Below are positions 9,659-18,566 of a stretch of DNA of 64,000 bases, one piece after another (position 1 is the stretch's first letter; each line of letters begins with the position of its first letter). The translations under genes and the position numbers were made by a program. Origin of the DNA: a bacterium (GTDB taxonomy: Bacteria > Electryoneota > Electryoneia > Electryoneales > Electryoneaceae); contig OY769902.1 of assembly GCA_963669175.1 (NCBI GenBank), positions 2,528,001-2,592,000 on the forward strand. Direction: 5' to 3'. The notes under the pieces were generated by a model. The model was given only the letters and a program-made list of their open reading frames with translations. It was not told where the DNA came from and made no database searches.

Positions 9659-12600
9659 TTACTTCACCAGGATCGCCTTGTAGGATTCATTGATATTCGT
9701 ATCGGTCCTGATCGTAATGAAGTACACACCAGAAGATAAATCAGCCGCTGAATAATCAACATTCAGCCTGCCAACTTCCCGCACCATATTTTTTATCGTA
9801 TCAATTTTTTGCCCCAAGCTATTGTATACTTCTATGGTAACAGTTGACAATTTCGGTAAATCATATTGGATTTTTATGCTGCTGTTAAAAGGATTAGGAT
9901 ATAACGAACAATTATACACAAGGGGTAAATTGTGGTTATTGTCTGAAATGCCATCATCATAAGAATTTAAATAATGTATACTGCTACTTCTATAAGAATC
10001 TATCATGTCAGAGATGTAATCAAGGTTAATAAATTCTTCTTCAATATAATAAAACCAATCAATTTTTGTAACATAATTTTCTATTGTATCACTCACTCGA
10101 TTGTAAATTAAATTAGACATCATTATGCTCATATCTGAGTCAAGATTGAGTTCAGTGACATCATATGGTGGATAAATAAGATTGCCATCAATATAATAGC
10201 GCACTTTGTTGTTTTGATAGGATATGCCAAAATAATGATAATCATTGTCTAGAATGGAAATAGATGTATCGATATGTGAAAAATGATCTCCACTGGTTTC
10301 AATGAAGAGTATATTGTCTTCGATCTCGTTAAAACCATTGCTGTAAAACTCATAGTTTAATATAGAGCGTTGAAAGGTAACAGTATTATCATAATAAGCA
10401 AAAAGGTTTTGTGTGAATTCATCAGTATAATCATCGTTGGATTGGAAAGATGCTTTAAAGACATAAGTGCCACGACAGAAAGGACTTTCTAGTGTTCTTA
10501 TCATTGAATTGTAGGTGTCGTTATCATTAGTGCCGCTTGTAGACTTCAGATTGAGTACTCTATCTTCATTCTCTTCGGTTATATAAACATTGCTTTCTGA
10601 ATACAAATACCCACCTGCACCTGGATTATCGCTGGTGTTACAAACATGCCACCCGTGATCGGCTAGTTCTGAATAGGGATTGTCAATGTTGCAGTAGAAA
10701 TTATCATAAAATATGTTGGCCTCGTCGGGAGAATCATAGCAGAAAACATTGAAAAATTCTGTTGCGGATTCATCGAACGAATTAGCTGCTGTTGCAGTGA
10801 TGAGGTAGTTACCCTTTGCATTAAAGGTATGGGTGAAAGATGATTCAACAGAATCTTCACCACTAAAATCAGCGGTATCTTGTACTGCATTATCAATCGC
10901 CCAGGCGATCTCTTCGATGCCAAAGGGCGAAGACGCAGCAATATCGAATGTGATCTCAGTCCCTTCACTTACATTGACATACTTGTCCTGATTGTCCAAA
11001 CTGATGGAAAAGCAATCATAATCAATAACAGTAACTTCCCAGGATACAACGCTGTCCAGGCCTTCTTCATCATAGACAACCGTATGGACATCAAAAGTCC
11101 CTTCTGACTCGAACGTATACGACCAGACGTCCCTACTCCGCGCCCCTGCCGCCTCATGCTGGTCCATGAGTTCATCCTCAAGGTACCATTCGAAAGACAC
11201 GAGATTACTGTCCGAATCACTTGCGCCTACAGTAAAGGACAGGGATCTACCCATACCTGACGTTGTAGAAGAGGCTTCCGGTTCAACACGCCAGATTACA
11301 GGATTCGAGTTCTGGACCGTGATTTCCCAGGCAATCATCTCCGAACATTCATAACTGTCATAGACAATCGCGTGGACATCAAATGTTCCTTCTGACTCAA
11401 ATGTATACGACCAGGAGTCTACATCATCATCGCTCGTAACATTATGAGTTGCCATTACTTGATCACCTAGATACCATTGTATGAAATCCAGATTACCATC
11501 AACATCGCTGACGCCTGCGGTAAAAGTTGCAGAACAACCATAGCCTGAAGATGAGGCAAACTCTTCCGGCGCAATTCTCCAAATCTCAGGAGAGGTATTC
11601 TGGACATTGATTTCCCAGGTAAGTGAAACCTGTTCTTCCAAAGTGTCAAAGACATAAGCGTGGATGAAGTAAGTCCCTTCAAACATGAATGAAAGGGCCC
11701 ACGTATCTTCGTCTTCATCTCCAGTCGCGTTATGCGTACGCATCAGTTGGTCATTCAGGTACCATCTGAAGCAGTCGAGATTGCCCTCCAGATCACTGGC
11801 GCTGACGGTAAAAGTGAGTTCCTGCCCAGGAAACAGGTTGATGGATTCATCTTCAGGATTCACACGACAGATCTCGGGAGGAGTGTTTTGGACGTGGATT
11901 TCCCAGGAAATTGAAACCTGTTCTTCTAAAGTATCATAGATATAGGCGTGAATAGTGTAGGTTCCCTCAGTTTCAAACGTGTGCGACCAGGAATCTTCGT
12001 CTTCTGCACCTGCTGTCTCATGAGTGACCACAAGCTGATCATCCACGTACCATTCGAAGTTCTCAAGATTCCCGTCATCATCGCTTGCGCCAACCGTAAA
12101 GGTACACTCCTGGCCGGGTAACAAGTCCACATTGCCTTGTTCAGGATCAATCCGCCAAATCTCGGGCGCAACATTCTGGACAGTAACTTGCCAGGACGTC
12201 ATTAACTGATTATCCAAACCGTCATAAACATAGGCGTAGACAGTGTATGTGCCTTCATTCTCAAATGTTTGTGACCAGGAGTCTTCATCTTCATCGCCTG
12301 CGGCATCATGATTGGCCACCAATTCATCATCCAGGTACCATTCAAAGTGGTCAAGGGTACCTGTTTCAACACTTGCACCGGTAGTAAAAGAACACACCTG
12401 ACCGGGGATCAGTTGAACATTCCTTGATTCAGGATTTTCACGCCAGATTCTGAAGGGACGCTGTTCGACATTGATCTCCCAACAGGTTATTGCAACAGTA
12501 CTACCTTCAGAGTAAACATGAGTATAGACGTGTGTAACCTCTTCAGTATCAAATGTATGCGACCAGGTATCTTCAGCTTCATTCCCAGTTGCATCATGCC

Positions 12601-13384
12601 TGGCCATAGGAGTATAAAACAGATACCAGTCGAAGTAACAAAGCTCATGTTCATCAACGCTGGCAAGGGCAGTAAAACTGATCTCCTCACCGGGATTAAC
12701 ATCTACAGATGCTTCTACTGGATAGTCTCGAAGAACTACAGGGGAGTCGTCCTGGACGATGATCTCCCATCCATCGGTTTGACTCATACCCAAAGAATCA
12801 TAAGCATAAACATCAAGTTCATAGGTGCCCTCAGTATCAAAGGTTAAGGTCAGGGTATCATTCAAGGAGTATCGGTGCGTGAAGTCAGGAAGAGATGTAT
12901 GAATTAACTGCTCGTCCAGGTACCATTCGACGCGATCAATATTTCCGTCACCATCAACAGTCACTATTTCAAACATCATGGGTTGATCAGGTGCAAGGCT
13001 GAAAGTAGGCTCCATGGGCATTCCAACCATACAGTGAGGTGTGCCATTATGAATAACACTGACCCACCAGCTGGTTGAATCAGACTCGCCATTATCGTTG
13101 TATGCCATGCAGCATATTATTGGGATAGCAGTTTCGGTGAATGTGTGCGTCCAGCTATCCTGGTCATTGTTGCCACTAAGATCGTGATCCGCCTGTAAAT
13201 CACCATCAATATACCATTCGCAGTGGTCTAATCCGATCGCGTCACTTATGTTGACAGTAAAAGTGATTGGAACATTTTCGTAAAATAATGGATTTCCACT
13301 TAATGGATAAACCTTTGTAACCTCGGTACTGTAGACGGTAGAAGTAACGAAGAAAAGAAAAAGCAGGGTGAATAATTTACGCAT
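9659..13384 (-). CDS. Secreted protein: ~9 Ig/PKD-like repeats, GH16-like domain, T9SS-type C-terminal sorting domain
   Basis: Signal peptide; ~96-aa repeats (WYLDDEL...DSWSHTFETEGTY); YPNPFN...SSGVYF tail; GGAGG RBS. Confidence 0.85.
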   Translation of the reverse strand: MRKLFTLLFLFFVTSTVYSTEVTKVYPLSGNPLFYENVPITFTVNISDAIGLDHCEWYIDGDLQADHDLSGNNDQDSWTHTFTETAIPIICCMAYNDNGESDSTSWWVSVIHNGTPHCMVGMPMEPTFSLAPDQPMMFEIVTVDGDGNIDRVEWYLDEQLIHTSLPDFTHRYSLNDTLTLTFDTEGTYELDVYAYDSLGMSQTDGWEIIVQDDSPVVLRDYPVEASVDVNPGEEISFTALASVDEHELCYFDWYLFYTPMARHDATGNEAEDTWSHTFDTEEVTHVYTHVYSEGSTVAITCWEINVEQRPFRIWRENPESRNVQLIPGQVCSFTTGASVETGTLDHFEWYLDDELVANHDAAGDEDEDSWSQTFENEGTYTVYAYVYDGLDNQLMTSWQVTVQNVAPEIWRIDPEQGNVDLLPGQECTFTVGASDDDGNLENFEWYVDDQLVVTHETAGAEDEDSWSHTFETEGTYTIHAYIYDTLEEQVSISWEIHVQNTPPEICRVNPEDESINLFPGQELTFTVSASDLEGNLDCFRWYLNDQLMRTHNATGDEDEDTWALSFMFEGTYFIHAYVFDTLEEQVSLTWEINVQNTSPEIWRIAPEEFASSSGYGCSATFTAGVSDVDGNLDFIQWYLGDQVMATHNVTSDDDVDSWSYTFESEGTFDVHAIVYDSYECSEMIAWEITVQNSNPVIWRVEPEASSTTSGMGRSLSFTVGASDSDSNLVSFEWYLEDELMDQHEAAGARSRDVWSYTFESEGTFDVHTVVYDEEGLDSVVSWEVTVIDYDCFSISLDNQDKYVNVSEGTEITFDIAASSPFGIEEIAWAIDNAVQDTADFSGEDSVESSFTHTFNAKGNYLITATAANSFDESATEFFNVFCYDSPDEANIFYDNFYCNIDNPYSELADHGWHVCNTSDNPGAGGYLYSESNVYITEENEDRVLNLKSTSGTNDNDTYNSMIRTLESPFCRGTYVFKASFQSNDDYTDEFTQNLFAYYDNTVTFQRSILNYEFYSNGFNEIEDNILFIETSGDHFSHIDTSISILDNDYHYFGISYQNNKVRYYIDGNLIYPPYDVTELNLDSDMSIMMSNLIYNRVSDTIENYVTKIDWFYYIEEEFINLDYISDMIDSYRSSSIHYLNSYDDGISDNNHNLPLVYNCSLYPNPFNSSIKIQYDLPKLSTVTIEVYNSLGQKIDTIKNMVREVGRLNVDYSAADLSSGVYFITIRTDTNINESYKAILVK

Positions 13385-13625
13385 GGTAGCCTCCCAAGAA
13401 TGATATCAATAAATAAGTGTAAATATGATCCTGAGATAAAAAGAGTGATAAATATCACAACATGAACAAAATCTACATCATGCTTTCAAAGAGAGTCATT
13501 CGTAACCCTTTAGCATGATAAAGCTTTTCCGCGCTGACAACGTGATGAATGCTCAAGCTGAACATCAAAGGTAGCTTTATCCGCTATTCCCGGGCAGTTC
13601 AAGATTGCCCAGAATTGTTTTCAGT

Positions 13626-13837
13626 CTGCTTTATCTCACGCAAAGACGCGAAGGCAGAAAAAAATGTCTCACGCAAAGACGCAAAGGCGCAAAGGAAAAG
13701 ACGCAAAGGAAAAGAAAAGAAAAGAAGGGAAAGAATGGAAAAGAATGGAAAAGAATGAAAAAGAATGAAAAACCTATTGGCCCTGCCGGCTTGAAGAACG
13801 CCGTAGCTTGCGGAGGCGGCTGCCCGGCGGTGGTCTA
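13626..13837 (+). repeat. Dispersed composite repeat copy 2
   Basis: Direct repeat of 9221-9452. Confidence 0.9.
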
Positions 13838-14168
13838 TTATAATTCAACAAAGGAATAAGTCCACCTGTTTTGATCCACGCATATCAAACTGAAGTAGAA
13901 TTTTCCTTGCTCTCATTCCTTCGAAGGAAGGAATCCAGGCAAGCCGGAAAGAGCGGTGACCCCTGCATTTCCAGTTATACTGAATTAGCTGGATGTGACA
14001 CCAAGCATGTCCCCGGAAAGCACGCTGAAGCGCGCTCACAATAGTGAGGACCACAGGACACCCCGGCTGAAGCCGGGTGCTAAGAGGAGCAGGCTAAAGC
14101 CAGCTAATACAAGATGTTGAAGTGAAATTGCAGGTGAGTGATGGATACTGGTTAGAATGTTTGAGAAA

Positions 14169-14262
14169 TTCTGCCACAGCTTGTAGCAGATTTAAGCCAT
14201 CCATTTCTGCAACAGGCTGTTGCAGTTTTCGTGTGGACATTCTGCAGCAACCTGCTGCAGAA
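14169..14262. repeat. Three tandem 19-bp palindromes CTGC-N11-GCAG
   Basis: Start at 14171, 14207 and 14242. Confidence 0.7.
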
Positions 14263-14348
14263 TTGTAAGATCTTGTGAAAAAAAGATATAGGGGGCGTTT
14301 GGCCCGACTGCTTGCTGTCGGGATCGCCCACATTTAATACACTGCTGG

Positions 14349-15074
14349 TTAGTTATCTCTTTCTTCACTTTTTTCACTGCCTACTTTTTTCACTCTTTTC
14401 ACTCCGCAGTACAACAGAAGGAAGGAGAGCGCCGCCGCCGTACCGATAGTCGCGCCCAATTCCACGCTCGTAGCCAGCCAGCCCAGTACCCCCAGCGTAA
14501 CCGTGATCACCAGCCCGGCAACCAGGGATTGCGCCACACGTGTTCCCATCCCACACGCCACCCCGATCGGAATGCCGAACGCCATGCCAGTCGCTGACCC
14601 AAGGATCAGATTGCCAAGAGTACTCTCTACCACGATCCCCGATACGCTGGCAAGCACGCTAAAGACCACGCCAAACGTCACACATCCGACCACGCTGAAC
14701 GCGATCCCGGCCATCACGCCACGCACCCGTCCCAACGCCACGCTCACCAGGCTGATAACCACGCCCACCGTCATCCCGAACGCCATGCCCCACAACGCGC
14801 CCCGGACCATCTCACGGAATGTATGCACCCACCCGAACTGATGCCCGATACTCAATACGACAGCGCTGATCAGTATCGTCACCACAAAAGGAGTAATGGT
14901 CTGATGCTTGATGAAGGACACCCATAGCGCGAACAGTTCTTTCCTGTTCCCATGCGGATGGGTTGCAAGGAATGCTTCTGGCTGAAGCAGCAGGTGAAGT
15001 AGAGGATGGTTGGATGGTGGTTGCAATACGGTTTTATCCTCGATCATGTAGATCCTGAAATTCTGAATGTCCAA
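14349..15074 (-). CDS. Gly/Val-rich multi-TM hypothetical protein, possibly truncated
   Basis: Repeated GxxxG-type hydrophobic helices. The last codons run through a GTGAAAAAAGT intergenic repeat. Start uncertain. Confidence 0.55.
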   Translation of the reverse strand: MDIQNFRIYMIEDKTVLQPPSNHPLLHLLLQPEAFLATHPHGNRKELFALWVSFIKHQTITPFVVTILISAVVLSIGHQFGWVHTFREMVRGALWGMAFGMTVGVVISLVSVALGRVRGVMAGIAFSVVGCVTFGVVFSVLASVSGIVVESTLGNLILGSATGMAFGIPIGVACGMGTRVAQSLVAGLVITVTLGVLGWLATSVELGATIGTAAALSFLLLYCGVKRVKKVGSEKSEERDN

Positions 15075-15082
15075 ACTTTACT

Positions 15083-15844
15083 TTATTCTTCAATTTCTTT
15101 TTCATCATCCATATATGAATATCGCCATGATAGATGTCTACAAAGTCCTGTTAGATCAGGATAAATAACAGAATTATTAATACCCATCATGTGTAAATTC
15201 TTTCGGAATATCCAATGATCAGATTTGTTAATTTTAATTTTTATCATCTTGCTAGAAAACTTTTTATGTCTTTCTAAACGTACAATTTTTCCAGATTCAC
15301 TTATTTTATGTACTGTAAAAAGACCAGATTGCGAAGATATTCTATTTGTTATTATTTTTGGTCTTACAATTTTTGTCGTTTTTTTATTTGCCAGTGGATT
15401 ATCTTCCGAAGGATCTTCTATCCAGTCGCTATGATCTGACTTCAGCATCCATACGACTCCATATTCAGTGCCTTCAAAAAAGTCAGGACTGTCACAAACT
15501 GCAAACCATAATGCAACAAGAGAACTGTATGTCCAATCCAATAATCTTGTTGGTAATCCATAGTGTTGTGCTAACGCTAGTGAATCCCAGTCATCGTTAA
15601 TATGATTAGGTAAAAATGGAAGACTTGTTCTAATAAATTCTTTAAACATAATCTTTTCAACTTCAAATATCTCTCCTCTTGGTTTCATTCGTGCTAATTT
15701 AGGTAATAATGGCCAGTCTGAGCTCTGTCCTCTGAAAATAAAATCTACATGATTTCCTTTACTGGATTCCTTGCTTTTTTCAGATTCACATAATTCAATA
15801 AAATCTGCAATTGAATCGACGTCTTCTTCTTTGTAAAAAATCAT
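15083..15844 (-). CDS. FRG domain-containing protein
   Basis: IFRGQS..WPLLP, LAQHYGLPTRLLDWT, RISSQSGLF, IYPDLTG. Visibly AT-rich. Confidence 0.92.
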   Translation of the reverse strand: MIFYKEEDVDSIADFIELCESEKSKESSKGNHVDFIFRGQSSDWPLLPKLARMKPRGEIFEVEKIMFKEFIRTSLPFLPNHINDDWDSLALAQHYGLPTRLLDWTYSSLVALWFAVCDSPDFFEGTEYGVVWMLKSDHSDWIEDPSEDNPLANKKTTKIVRPKIITNRISSQSGLFTVHKISESGKIVRLERHKKFSSKMIKIKINKSDHWIFRKNLHMMGINNSVIYPDLTGLCRHLSWRYSYMDDEKEIEE

Positions 15845-16047
15845 GTTAAGCCCTTTCTAATCTTGTTGTTGTCAATTATCCATGATGAAAGATAGTTCTG
15901 TGGAATAGTGCTGAATCACTATCTTATCAACAATGTATTTATGTTCTGGTCAGACTAGCAACGGAATCCGCTAAAGTATCTTCTTTATGTGTCAACTGAT
16001 GGTTAGTCACTAAAAGGTTCAACCTAATACCGGTTTCAACCAGAAAA

Positions 16048-16072
16048 CCCGGCCAGGCATGGCCGGGCTACC
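16048..16072 (-). repeat. GTAG-type REP-like palindrome
   Basis: GGTAGCCCGGCCATGCCTGGCCGGG on the minus strand. Copies at 25245-25268 and 48518-48542. Confidence 0.75.
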
Positions 16073-16095
16073 CTCCAGCTTTCCAACATGCGAAC

Positions 16096-17649
16096 TTATA
16101 AAGGTATATTCCCATGCTTTTTCTTGGGATTGTAGTCTACTTTGGATTCCAGCATACCCAGGGCGGTGATTAGTTTGGGACGGGTTTGTTGGGGCTCGAT
16201 GACCTCATCGACATAACCACGCGCGGCGGCGATATAGGGGCTGGCGAAACGGTCACGGTAGAGCTCGATATATTCCTGGATCTTCTTCTGCTGTTCGTCG
16301 GGGTCTTTGATCTCGGCGAGTTCTTTCCGGTACACGATTTCCACCGCACCTTCCGCGCCCATGACTGCGATTTCAGCGCTGGGCCAGGCGAAGTTCAGGT
16401 CGCCGCGGACGTGTTTCGAGTTCATGACGTCATACGCGCCGCCGTACGCCTTACGGGTGATGACGGTGATTTTCGGGACAGTCGTTTCCGAGTAGGCGTA
16501 GAGCAGCTTGGCGCCGTTAGCGATGATGCCGCCCCATTCCTGGTCGGTGCCGGGGAGGAAGCCGGGCACGTCCTCAAAGGTGATGATCGGGATGTTGAAG
16601 GCGTCGCAGAAACGGATGAAACGTGCGCCCTTCTTTGAGCTGTTGATATCGAGTACACCTGCCAATACCGACGGCTGGTTGGCGATGATTCCCACACTGC
16701 GTCCGCTCAGGCGCGCAAAGCCGACGATGATGTTTTCCGCGTAATCCTTGTGCACTTCCAGCAGGACACCGTCATCCACAATATGCCCGATGACCTCTTT
16801 CATGTCGTAGGGCTTGTTCGGGTTCTCCGGGATGATGGTCGTCAGCTCGTTGTCCATACGGTCGGCCGGGTCGGTACACTTGAGGAGCGGCGGGTCTTCC
16901 AGGTTGTTCTGAGGCATGTAGGAGAGCAGACGTTTTACCGTATCCAGCGTCTCCATCTCGTCATCACAGGCGAAATGGGCTACGCCTGATTTGGAGGCAT
17001 GGGTGTCCGCGCCGCCCAGGTCCTCGCTGCTGACCTCTTCGTGAGTGACTGTCTTCACCACCTTCGGCCCGGTCACGAACATGTAGGAAGTGCCACGGGT
17101 CATGACCACGAAATCCGTGATCGCCGGGGAATAGACCGCGCCGCCCGCGCAGGGGCCCATGATCGCGCTGATCTGCGGGACCACGCCGCTGGTCAGGGTG
17201 TTGCGGAGGAAGATGTCAGCGTATGCGCCCAGGCTGACGACGCCTTCCTGCACACGTGCACCGCCGGAATCGTTCAGCCCGATTACCGGAGCGCCCACCT
17301 TGGTCGCCATGTCCATGAGCTTGCAGATCTTTGCGCCGTGGGCCTCGGATAGTGTGCCGCCGACCACGGTAAAGTCCTGGCTGAACACGCAGACCGTACG
17401 GCCATTGATCTTGCCGTAGCCTGTCACCACACCGTCGCCCGGGATCTTCGGCTGATCAAAGCCGCTTTCGGGGGTACGCGCCTGCACCAGCATGTCAAGC
17501 TCCTGGAACGTGCCAGGGTCGATGAGAAGGTCGATACGTTCACGGGCGGTGAGTTTGCCCTTCTTGTGCTGGGCTTCGATGCGTTTCTCGCCGCCGCCGA
17601 GACGGGCCTGGTCCTTGAGTTCACGGAGTTTGGTGACACGCGGGTCCAT
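16096..17649 (-). CDS. pccB: Acyl-CoA carboxylase carboxyltransferase subunit (PccB / methylmalonyl-CoA decarboxylase alpha family)
   Basis: [55 protein letters not shown]. pccB and mmdA cannot be distinguished from sequence alone. Confidence 0.9.
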   Translation of the reverse strand: MDPRVTKLRELKDQARLGGGEKRIEAQHKKGKLTARERIDLLIDPGTFQELDMLVQARTPESGFDQPKIPGDGVVTGYGKINGRTVCVFSQDFTVVGGTLSEAHGAKICKLMDMATKVGAPVIGLNDSGGARVQEGVVSLGAYADIFLRNTLTSGVVPQISAIMGPCAGGAVYSPAITDFVVMTRGTSYMFVTGPKVVKTVTHEEVSSEDLGGADTHASKSGVAHFACDDEMETLDTVKRLLSYMPQNNLEDPPLLKCTDPADRMDNELTTIIPENPNKPYDMKEVIGHIVDDGVLLEVHKDYAENIIVGFARLSGRSVGIIANQPSVLAGVLDINSSKKGARFIRFCDAFNIPIITFEDVPGFLPGTDQEWGGIIANGAKLLYAYSETTVPKITVITRKAYGGAYDVMNSKHVRGDLNFAWPSAEIAVMGAEGAVEIVYRKELAEIKDPDEQQKKIQEYIELYRDRFASPYIAAARGYVDEVIEPQQTRPKLITALGMLESKVDYNPKKKHGNIPL

Positions 17650-18063
17650 CGATTCGCCTCCCATGGCTGGTTGGTGGGGCTGAGCGTTGCTCGAAAAATC
17701 GTCACGTCATGTCATCCCCAGCGAAAGCGGGGATCTCGTGATACTAAGAGTCAACTGATTTGTTTCACGCAAAGCCGCAAAGACCGCAAAGGAAAAGATT
17801 CAAGAATTATTGGACGTGCGGCCGAGTTGTCCTTCTTCTTTTTCACTGTCGACTTTTTTCACTTTCCTACATGTCATCCCCTCCTCACGCAAACGGGGAT
17901 TAAACAGGGATCTCTCTGTATTACGCTACCAGGTGCATTTCGTGATATTATGATCGAACCTGAAAAGTATACACCAGAACCCGGCAGGATTCAAGCAGAA
18001 GGTGTCATCCTGATGATAAAACAGGCGGGGTGGAGGTCGGGATTGGGTTACATCAGAAAAGAG

Positions 18064-18199
18064 ATGTTTCACGCAAAGACGCGAAGACGCTAAGGAAAAG
18101 AACGCAAAGAAAGAAATAAAAGAAATGGGTGAAACCTTTTGGCCCCGCCGGCTTGAAGTACGCTGTAGCTTGCGAAGGCGTCTGCCCGGCGGTGGTCTA
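18064..18199 (+). repeat. Dispersed composite repeat copy 3 (diverged)
   Basis: CACGCAAAGACGCG array followed by the 60-nt hairpin core, which has 4 substitutions versus copy 1. Confidence 0.85.
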
Positions 18200-18461
18200 T
18201 TCTAATTCATTCCAAGAAGTTAGACCTCATGTTTTGTACCCTTACAACTGTATCAAAAGATTAATCCTCTAATGAATGGATATTGCACAACCGCCCGGGT
18301 GCCAGCACACCGGGCCACGAAATAGGGCCACGCATCTGTGCGCTGTAACATTTTCTTCATTCTTTTCTTTGCTTTCTTTTCCTTTGCGCCTTTGCGTCTT
18401 TGCGTGAAACAAATCGGGTGAAAGGAAGGAGTTGCGCATGATCCTCGAGATCCCCGATCAA

Positions 18462-18545
18462 GTCGGGGATGACATGTGGTCGGGGATGACATGTGGTCGG
18501 GGATGACATATGGTCGGGGATGACATGTGGTCGGGGGGGGGGGGG
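18462..18545 (+). repeat. 4 x 17-bp tandem repeat GTCGGGGATGACATGTG followed by a G13 tract
   Basis: Read directly. The unit is one arm of the GTCATCCCC REP. Confidence 0.9.
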
Positions 18546-18566
18546 CGTGAAACAAATCAGTGAGAA

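Noticed and set aside
9011-9693. Lys/Arg-rich short ORFs (also 13549-13859, 17566-18093, 18253-18570)
   Set aside because: They are translations of purine-rich repeats that are open in several frames, with no evidence of coding.
14169-14262. Mini-CRISPR interpretation
   Set aside because: Repeats are degenerate, spacers are only ~16 nt, and there are no cas genes.
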